Below, in pieces: positions 16,737 to 23,759 of a stretch of 28,417 bases of DNA. A program made the position numbers and the translations under genes. Each line of letters begins with the position of its first letter. Positions within the stretch are counted from its first letter, which is position 1. Below the pieces are notes generated by a model, which worked only from the letters and a program-made list of their open reading frames with translations, made no database searches and had not been told where the DNA came from. This stretch comes from Myxococcota bacterium (lineage in GTDB: Bacteria; Myxococcota; UBA4151), in assembly GCA_036338695.1 (NCBI GenBank), contig JAYZBQ010000007.1:1-28417 (forward strand), read 5' to 3'.

Positions 16737-17477
16737 ATGATCGAGATCACCGACCTGCACAAGAGCTTCGGCGAGCGCGCCATCCTGCGGGGCATCAACC
16801 TGTCGTGCCCTGAAGGGTCGACGACCGTGATCCTCGGCGGCTCGGGCGCAGGAAAAAGCGTGCTCATGAAGCACGTCGTGGGGCTGATGCGACCGGACAC
16901 GGGCAGCGTCGAGGTCGACGGCGTGCGCGTGGACCGCTGCGATCAGCAGGAGCTGGCGGCGCTGCGGACGCGGATGGGGATGGTGTTCCAGCAGTCGGCG
17001 CTTTTCGACTCCATGACGGTGTTTGAGAACGTGGCGTTTCCGATCGTCGAGGCGGCGCGCGAGGTGATCGAGGAAGACGCCCTGCGGCGGCGCGTGCATC
17101 AGGCCCTTGAGCTCTTTGACCTGCGCAACGTCGACGACCTGCTCCCCAGCGAGCTCAGCGGCGGGATGCGCAAGCGCGTCGGCTTGGCGCGCGCCGTGAT
17201 CAGGCAGCCAAAAATACTCCTTTATGATGAGCCGACGACGGGGCTGGATCCGGTCACGACCCGCCAAGTGGACGAGATGATCCTGACCGCCCGGCGAGAG
17301 CTCGGGGTGACCTCGTTGGTCATCAGCCATGACATCGGCTCCTCGTTTCGAATCGCCGATCAGGTTGCCTTTCTTTATCATGGGCGGATCTTGGTCGCTG
17401 GCTCCGCAGATGATGTGCAGGCTAGTGACCTGCCCGAGCTGCGCGAATTTCTCGCCAGTTGGCGCAAACCGGTGTAG
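16737..17477 (+). CDS. mlaF: MlaF-family ABC ATPase
   Basis: GGSGAGKS, MVFQQSALFDSMTVFENV, PSELSGGMRKRVGLARA and LLYDEPTTGLDP. Adjacent to mlaE. Confidence 0.93.
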   Translation: MIEITDLHKSFGERAILRGINLSCPEGSTTVILGGSGAGKSVLMKHVVGLMRPDTGSVEVDGVRVDRCDQQELAALRTRMGMVFQQSALFDSMTVFENVAFPIVEAAREVIEEDALRRRVHQALELFDLRNVDDLLPSELSGGMRKRVGLARAVIRQPKILLYDEPTTGLDPVTTRQVDEMILTARRELGVTSLVISHDIGSSFRIADQVAFLYHGRILVAGSADDVQASDLPELREFLASWRKPV

Positions 17478-17486
17478 CGCGAAGGC

Positions 17487-19022
17487 ATGGGGATGATGAG
17501 CAACCTACGCGTTGGATTGATGGTGCTGCTCGGTATCGGCAGCGTCGGGACTTTTCAGTTTTATCTGAACCAGTCCGACGCCGCGCCCGAGTCCAGCTAC
17601 ATCCTCTACGCGGTCTTCGAGGACGCCTCGGGGTTGAGCCTGGCGTCCCGCGTGCGTATCGCCGGGATCGACGTCGGGCACATCGACAAGGTTGAGCTCG
17701 AGGGCGCTAAAGCGCGCCTCACTCTGCGGATGCGCAAAGACCTGAAAATCTACAAAGACTCCAAGGTCAGCAAGCGCCCCGAGGGGATCCTCGGCACCAA
17801 CAACATCCACATCGTGCCGGGCACGCCAGCCTCGGGGATGCTGGAGAGCGGCTCCGACATCACCAACGTCAGCGACTCGGACGTGCTGGAGTCCATGACC
17901 GAGACGCTCTCAAAGACCGCCACCGACATCCAGGCGCTGTCCGAAGAGATCCGGATCCTCGCCAAGAGCGTCCGGCAGTTTGTGGTCGGCAAAAAGGGTC
18001 AAGAGGCGCCGCTTGAGCGCCTGACCAATATGATGATCAGCGAGGTGGACAACCTGAGCGGTTCCGCCCGTCAGCTGCTCTCGAGCATGACGCGTCTGGT
18101 CGATGGCAACGCCAGCGAGTTCAACGCTACGGTCAACGCCCTGCGCACCGTCGCTGAGAACCTCGAGGGGCTCTCGAGCGCGCAGACGGGGAGCGTCGAG
18201 CAGATCCTGACCAACGTCGCTGGGGCGACCAAAGCGCTCAATCGGATCCTCGGAGAGGTTGAGTCATTAGCTGGTTCTGAAGGAGGTGAAGTCAAGGGTT
18301 TGGCGGCGCAACTTCGAGCTTCAGTTGAGAGCTTGTCAAACGCCTCGGCAGAGGTCGAGAAGGTCGCTCAGATGGCGGCGGGCGGCAAAGGGATGGTCGG
18401 TCGCTTGATCAGCGACGAGGACCTCGGGCTCGAGGTGGATTCGGCGATCCGAGGCGTGAGCCAGATGGTCGCCACCTACGACAAGCTCCGCACCGAGGTC
18501 GAGATGAGCGGCGGTTGGCGCTCTGTCTCGAACACCGGGCGCGCTGGGCTGCGGGTGAACCTGCTGACCCGCAAAGACAAGGGCTACATTCTGGAACTGA
18601 ACTCGGACGACCGCGTCTCGCCGCTCGAGCAGCAGCGAACGGTGGGTGACGTGACCACGATCACCGAGACCATCGAGGACGAGTTTCGGTTATCGGCTCA
18701 GTTCTGGCATCGCTTCGGGATGGTGGGCTTGCGCGCCGGTTTGATCGACAGCCGCGGCGGGGTTGGCTTGGACGCCTACCTTTTGGACGACCGGCTCCGC
18801 ATCCAGCTCGACGCCTTCGACTTTGACCGCCAGATCGCCGACATCGCCTTGGCGCCGAGGCACCGCGCGCTCGTCGATATCAAGGTGCTCAAACACCTTT
18901 ACCTCGTGGCGGGGGTAGAGGACCCGATCTTTGCGGATCAGCGCGACTTCTACTTTGGCGCCGGCGTCCGATTCTTTGACCCGGACCTCAAGAGCGTCCT
19001 GGCGGTTGCGCCCAGCCCCTAG
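17487..19022 (+). CDS. mlaD: Long MlaD/MCE protein: TM anchor, MCE domain, helical region, probable C-terminal beta-barrel
   Basis: FEDASGL...VRIAGIDVGHID...EGILG...IVPG MCE motif, then about 200 aa of amphipathic helix, then alternating beta-strand sequence ending DFYFGAGVRFFDPDLK. Confidence 0.88.
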   Translation: MGMMSNLRVGLMVLLGIGSVGTFQFYLNQSDAAPESSYILYAVFEDASGLSLASRVRIAGIDVGHIDKVELEGAKARLTLRMRKDLKIYKDSKVSKRPEGILGTNNIHIVPGTPASGMLESGSDITNVSDSDVLESMTETLSKTATDIQALSEEIRILAKSVRQFVVGKKGQEAPLERLTNMMISEVDNLSGSARQLLSSMTRLVDGNASEFNATVNALRTVAENLEGLSSAQTGSVEQILTNVAGATKALNRILGEVESLAGSEGGEVKGLAAQLRASVESLSNASAEVEKVAQMAAGGKGMVGRLISDEDLGLEVDSAIRGVSQMVATYDKLRTEVEMSGGWRSVSNTGRAGLRVNLLTRKDKGYILELNSDDRVSPLEQQRTVGDVTTITETIEDEFRLSAQFWHRFGMVGLRAGLIDSRGGVGLDAYLLDDRLRIQLDAFDFDRQIADIALAPRHRALVDIKVLKHLYLVAGVEDPIFADQRDFYFGAGVRFFDPDLKSVLAVAPSP

Positions 19023-19096
19023 CCGCCGAAGACGGCTCGCCTCGGCTTGACCGAGCGACGCTCCAAGAGCGATAAGACGGCATCATGGGAGTGGCT

Positions 19097-19993
19097 ATGA
19101 CTCGAGCGTTCCTCTTCGCCGGCGTTTTGGTGGTTTTTGGCGCCGGTAACTGCGACAATCCGTGCATCGGGATGGACTGCCCCGACGTACCCAAGCCGGA
19201 CATCGGCAACGGCGACGTGGATCCGGCCGCCGACTGGTGCTCGGTGCATGACGAGGTCTTCGTTCCGGAGTGCTCGTCGTGCCACGACCCCTCGGGCACC
19301 AACGTGCGCCCTTATCTCAAGACGCGCGGCGACTTTTCGCCGGAGCAGCTGGTCGCGCACCTGCGCAACGAGCGCGCTGCCTCGCCGCCTTGGATGACGC
19401 CGGGCGAGCCGGACAACTCCCACATCTGGTCACGAGTAGGTGACGGCACGATGCCGCCCGGGATCACGATGGGTGGGAGCACGCAAGAGGACGCTCGCCT
19501 GCGCAAGCTGGTGCGTGACTGGATCGCAAATGGCGGCACGACCGAATGTGTGGAGCGTGGCGACGCGGGAGTCCCCGACGCGGGAGCAGCCGACAGCGGC
19601 GCTGCCGACGCAGGCTTCACCGACGCAGGGGCGCCGGATACCGGTCCCCCAGACGCCGGTCCGCCCGCTGACCCGATGTGCAACGTGGCGGTGTTGTTCC
19701 GCACCTCCTGCCACGGCTGTCACCGCAACGGCACCGGTGGCTACTCCACAGGCGACGGCTCCATGCAGGCGGTCCGTGCGTCGTTTGAAGCCGACTCGTC
19801 GGTGGGGATCCCGTACGTGACCTCGGGGAACGCAGACCAGAGCTACCTGTTCCTGCGCATCGCAGGGCGCGGCGACGAGGTCCCCGGTGGGCGGAGCGGT
19901 CGGATGCCGCCGAGCGGGCGCTGGGCGGATGAGGACATCTCCACGCTGGAAACATGGATCAATGATGGGATGCCAAATTTTGAATGCCAATAA
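19097..19993 (+). CDS. Putative diheme c-type cytochrome lipoprotein (two Planctomycete-cytochrome-c-like domains)
   Basis: Signal peptide ending in an atypical lipobox (FGAGNC). CSSCH at 19271 and CHGCH at 19709 are each followed by a T-P/S-G...S motif, MPP and WI-x-x-G. A DAG linker separates the domains. Alternative start 19085. Confidence 0.75.
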   Translation: MTRAFLFAGVLVVFGAGNCDNPCIGMDCPDVPKPDIGNGDVDPAADWCSVHDEVFVPECSSCHDPSGTNVRPYLKTRGDFSPEQLVAHLRNERAASPPWMTPGEPDNSHIWSRVGDGTMPPGITMGGSTQEDARLRKLVRDWIANGGTTECVERGDAGVPDAGAADSGAADAGFTDAGAPDTGPPDAGPPADPMCNVAVLFRTSCHGCHRNGTGGYSTGDGSMQAVRASFEADSSVGIPYVTSGNADQSYLFLRIAGRGDEVPGGRSGRMPPSGRWADEDISTLETWINDGMPNFECQ

Positions 19994-20834
19994 GTGCCTT
20001 GCGTTCGCGCTCGCGCTCGTCGCCACACCGGCGCTCGGCGCCAGCATCGCCAAGGAGTGCGAGGGCGCGCTCAGCGACTTTGAGGTCCCGGGGGACCCAG
20101 AGGTCTGGACGGCGTCTCAGACCGCTAAGATGCTTAATCACCCCGCCTTGTCGATGGTGGTTAGCCCGCTCGGAGCGCCCAAGGTTAAAGGCGCCGTGCT
20201 GAGCCTTGAGCTCTCGATGATCCCCGCCATGCGCTGCGCAGACCGAGTGGTCTGGTACAACAACGGGCTCAAGACGGAAGAGACCAACAAGGTGCCGCTG
20301 TTGCCCAGACCTCGGCTGCAGGTCGGGCTGCCAAAGCTGGCGGGTTTTGATGGCTACCTTGGCGTTGCGTACGTGCCGCCGGTCCCGCTGGGCAGCACGA
20401 GCATGCACCACGCTGGGTTTGAGCTGGGTCTAAGCCGCTCGCTCAGCGCCTCGCTCACCGCGGGGCTGCGTTACCACGCCGCCGTGAGTAAGGTCGCCGA
20501 TGACATCGCCCAGGCGGTGGATGACACGGCGCCGACGGTGCTCGACTTTTACGCCAATGGCATGTGGGGGCTGGGCTTGCACGCTGGCTATGAGGGCGGC
20601 GGCCTGCCCCAGGGTTTAGCCCTGTACAGCGGCTTTGGTTACGTCAACGTGGGCACGTTCTTTTTGGTCGGTGATGACGCCGTCATTCAGAACAACCCCG
20701 ACCCGTATCGTGGCGTGGAGTACAGCCTCGGCGGGCAGTTTGATGTCGGCGCCTTGGTGTTCTCGCTCGAGTGGCACCACGCGGTCGGCTCGACCATGCG
20801 CACGGTGCGCTCCAAACTCGGCTACCGCTTCTAG
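19980..20834 (+). CDS. Putative outer-membrane beta-barrel protein
   Basis: Signal peptide (CLAFALALVATPALG-A), many alternating Gly/aromatic strands and C-terminal SKLGYRF (Bam signal). Start uncertain (ATG 19962/19965 or TTG 19980). Confidence 0.75.
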   Translation: MNANKCLAFALALVATPALGASIAKECEGALSDFEVPGDPEVWTASQTAKMLNHPALSMVVSPLGAPKVKGAVLSLELSMIPAMRCADRVVWYNNGLKTEETNKVPLLPRPRLQVGLPKLAGFDGYLGVAYVPPVPLGSTSMHHAGFELGLSRSLSASLTAGLRYHAAVSKVADDIAQAVDDTAPTVLDFYANGMWGLGLHAGYEGGGLPQGLALYSGFGYVNVGTFFLVGDDAVIQNNPDPYRGVEYSLGGQFDVGALVFSLEWHHAVGSTMRTVRSKLGYRF

Positions 20835-20879
20835 CGACCCGGGCTCGGTGGTTGCCGCTGCGGCGGCGAAGGGGATTCG

Positions 20880-21686
20880 ATGAAACAGCTGCAATGGACG
20901 ATCTGCTGTCTCGCTGCGCTTGCGCTTGGGTGCGGCGAGCCGGACGATGGGATCGCAGGGACCGACACGGGCCTGGCATCAGCGGATGCCGGCGCGGTCG
21001 AGCCCGACGGCGGCGCGCCGGACAGCGGCGAGGCCTTCGAGGATGCTGGCTCGTTTGCCGACGCTGGCGACGAGCCTGCTGATGCCGGTGAGGTGGTCAG
21101 CGACGCAGGCGAGGGCGCTGCGGACGCCGCCGGTGCGGTGGATGATGCCGGCGATGGCGTTGAGGACGCCGGCGCAATCGTTCGGGACTCGGGCGTGGTG
21201 CCTCGAGATACAGGCGTCGTGGCGCGCGACACCGGCGTGACGCGTGACTCGGGGGTCGTGCCCAGAGATACGGGCGCTGCTCGCGACACTGGCGTCGTCA
21301 GAGACTCAGGGGTGGTGCCGCGAGACACTGGCGTGGTCGCGGACGCTGGCGCGCCCGCAAACCACGCGTGCGCCGTCTACAGCCTGATGCGCAGCCGCTG
21401 CCTTGGCTGCCACCGCAACCGGGGGCGCGGAGGATTTGGCCTCGGCAATGGCAGCGACGGCGCGATCCGAGACGCCTTCGCCGACACCAGCTCAGTCGGG
21501 GTGCTCTACGTCACGCCCGGCAACGCCGATCGCAGCTACGCGTACCTGCGCATGGTGGGGCGTGGGAACGAGCTCCGCGGCGGCACGGCGGCGCTGATGC
21601 CGCCTGGCGGCGGTGTGCCGCAGGCTTCGCTTAACCAGCTGCGCGACTGGATCAACCAAGGCGCACCGCACGCTCAGTGTCGGTGA
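20880..21686 (+). CDS. Putative monoheme c-type cytochrome lipoprotein with long D-(A/S/T)-G repeat stalk
   Basis: Lipobox ALGC, about 130 aa low-complexity stalk, CLGCH at 21399, YVTPGNADRSY, MPP and WINQGAP. Confidence 0.78.
   Translation: MKQLQWTICCLAALALGCGEPDDGIAGTDTGLASADAGAVEPDGGAPDSGEAFEDAGSFADAGDEPADAGEVVSDAGEGAADAAGAVDDAGDGVEDAGAIVRDSGVVPRDTGVVARDTGVTRDSGVVPRDTGAARDTGVVRDSGVVPRDTGVVADAGAPANHACAVYSLMRSRCLGCHRNRGRGGFGLGNGSDGAIRDAFADTSSVGVLYVTPGNADRSYAYLRMVGRGNELRGGTAALMPPGGGVPQASLNQLRDWINQGAPHAQCR
21183..21350 (+). repeat. Intragenic tandem peptide repeat RD(S/T)GVV(P)
   Basis: RDSGVVPRDTG occurs three times with RDTGV units interspersed. The DNA copies differ at synonymous positions. 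Confidence 0.85.
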
Positions 21687-21689
21687 CGG

Positions 21690-23129
21690 CTAGCCGGCGA
21701 CGCGCACCAAGCGGATGCTGTCGGTTCCGCCCCGGTATTCCGGGCGGCTCTTGGTGGTGACGACCACCAGCTCTCCAGGCTTGGCGCCCTCTTGGGCGAC
21801 CACCTCGTCGAGCATCCGAGCGATCGTCCCCTCGCTGGTGTGCCCCTCCTCGATCAAGCAGGGGCGGACGCCCGCGTAGATCGCCATGCGGCGGTAGGTT
21901 ACCGGGTTGGACGTGAAGCCAAACACAGGCACCTGACAGCGATAATCGGTGGTCAGGCGCGCCGTGGTGCCCGAGGCGGTGAAGCAGGCGACGGCGGCGG
22001 CGTCGAGGTCGTGCGCCATGCCGATGGCGGCGCGTGCGGCGGCATTTTGTACCGACTTGCGGGCGTCGACCTGGAGCATCGTGCGGCGCGCGCCTTGCTT
22101 GTAGTCTTCGCTGAATTCCACCTCACGGCAGATGTGCCGCATGGTCTTGGCGACCAGCGCCGGGTGGTCCCCGACGCTCGTCTCCTGGCTGAGCATGACG
22201 CAGTCGGCGCCGTCGAGCACGGCGTTCGCGACGTCGCCCGCTTCGGCGCGGGTGGGGCGGGGCGAGTCGACCATGCTCTGGAGCATCTCCGTGGCGACGA
22301 TCGAGATCCGCCCCTGCCGGTTGGCTTCGTCGATGATCTGCTTTTGCAGCATCGGCACCTTCTCGACCGGGAACTCAACCCCGAGGTCGCCGCGCGCCAC
22401 CATCACGCCGTTCGAGGCCGAGACGATCGCCTCGAGGTTGGTGATCGCCTGCGGTTTCTCGATCTTGGCGATGATGCCCGGGTCGTTCGGGCCGCTGCCG
22501 ATCCGGCGCCGGAGCGTATCGATCTCGAGCCGGTTGCGGACAAAGCTCAGCGCCACAAAATCGACCTGCTGATCCAGCGCAAACTCGAGGTCCTTGTGGT
22601 CCTTTTCGGTGAGCGACGGCAGGCTCAGGTCGGTGTCGGGGAGGCTGACCCCTTTGCGGCTCGTGAGCTTACCGCCCGAGATCACCTTGCAGCGCACGCT
22701 CGAGCCGTCGGTCGAGATCACCTCGAGCACCAGCCGGCCGTCATCGAGCAGGACCGGCTCGCCGGGTTTGACGTCCTCGGCGATCTGCGGGTGAAAGGTC
22801 CAAAACTTGGCGGCGTCGCCGACAAAGGACTCGCCGCCGCAGACGAGCTCAAGCTCAGCGCCTACCTCTAAGATGACACCGTCTTCCGGCATCGGCCCGA
22901 TCCGCAGCTTGGGGCCGCCGAGGTCGCACATGATAGCGATGGCGCGCCCAGAGTCTTTGGCGACGTGGCGCAGGTTCGCCATGGTGGTTCGGTGCGTCTC
23001 GTGGTCGCCGTGACCCATGTTGAACCGAAACACATCGACGCCGTTCTCGATCAGCTGAGCTAACACCTCAGGGCTGCTGCTGGCTGGACCGACCGTGGCG
23101 ATGATCTTGGTAGCGCATAAATGATCCAC
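21690..23129 (-). CDS. pyk: Pyruvate kinase
   Basis: TKIIATVGPAS, DLGGPKLR, LLDDG, AKIEK, VMVARGDLGVE, PTRAE, DVANAVLDG and VMLS-ET. Confidence 0.96.
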   Translation of the reverse strand: MDHLCATKIIATVGPASSSPEVLAQLIENGVDVFRFNMGHGDHETHRTTMANLRHVAKDSGRAIAIMCDLGGPKLRIGPMPEDGVILEVGAELELVCGGESFVGDAAKFWTFHPQIAEDVKPGEPVLLDDGRLVLEVISTDGSSVRCKVISGGKLTSRKGVSLPDTDLSLPSLTEKDHKDLEFALDQQVDFVALSFVRNRLEIDTLRRRIGSGPNDPGIIAKIEKPQAITNLEAIVSASNGVMVARGDLGVEFPVEKVPMLQKQIIDEANRQGRISIVATEMLQSMVDSPRPTRAEAGDVANAVLDGADCVMLSQETSVGDHPALVAKTMRHICREVEFSEDYKQGARRTMLQVDARKSVQNAAARAAIGMAHDLDAAAVACFTASGTTARLTTDYRCQVPVFGFTSNPVTYRRMAIYAGVRPCLIEEGHTSEGTIARMLDEVVAQEGAKPGELVVVTTKSRPEYRGGTDSIRLVRVAG

Positions 23130-23245
23130 GTTCTTCTCCTCACCGCCTCGCTAGCCTCTAATGACGAACTTGCGAAGCGCGCGTTGGTGTCGAATCGGTG
23201 AACTTACCGAGATCTTTCGAATCTACGCGAAGTACCGGCCACACG

Positions 23246-23273
23246 TTGACTTCGGGCCGAACCTTCGTATCCT
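23246..23273 (+). promoter_or_regulatory. Putative sigma70 promoter for the 23313-27130 genes
   Basis: TTGACT-N16-TATCCT, 39 nt before ATG 23313 (GGAG RBS). Confidence 0.5.
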
Positions 23274-23312
23274 CAGCGCACGCGCTGTGACGCAGCGCCG
23301 ACGGAGACGACC

Positions 23313-23759
23313 ATGCGTAGAGCCTTGTGCTTCCTCTTTGCGGCAGGATTCGCCGCTGCGCCAGCGCAGGCGCAGGAGATCCCCGACCAAGCCCTCCCGA
23401 CGGTCAAAGCGCCGCCTAAGGTGCCCAAGGCGCTGCAAAAGCCAGCGCCTCAAGCGCCGACAGTGGTGCAGCCCACGACGTGGTGGGGGAAGCGGAGCCG
23501 CGCAAGCCAGGGCTTGCTGGCCGGCGGTGGCCTGTCGGTTCTAGGTGGTACGGCCTTGGTCGCCGTCGGCGCCTCCATGGCAAACAACGCCATCGACCGG
23601 CGCGACTCGCTGCAGAACAAGCCGACGCTCACCGACACCGAGCGCGCTGAGTTTACCGAGCAGTCCAGCTCGGTCCAGAGCGGTCGCACGATCCACACAG
23701 CGGGGCTGATCCTGCTGAGCACCGGGGCGCTCGCCGCCGGCTTAGGGGGTGTGCTGTGA
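23313..23759 (+). CDS. Exported hypothetical protein with Gly-rich hydrophobic hairpin
   Basis: Signal peptide (AQA), Pro/Lys linker, and two Gly/Ala/Leu helices flanking a polar helix. Overlaps the next start codon. Confidence 0.75.
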   Translation: MRRALCFLFAAGFAAAPAQAQEIPDQALPTVKAPPKVPKALQKPAPQAPTVVQPTTWWGKRSRASQGLLAGGGLSVLGGTALVAVGASMANNAIDRRDSLQNKPTLTDTERAEFTEQSSSVQSGRTIHTAGLILLSTGALAAGLGGVL

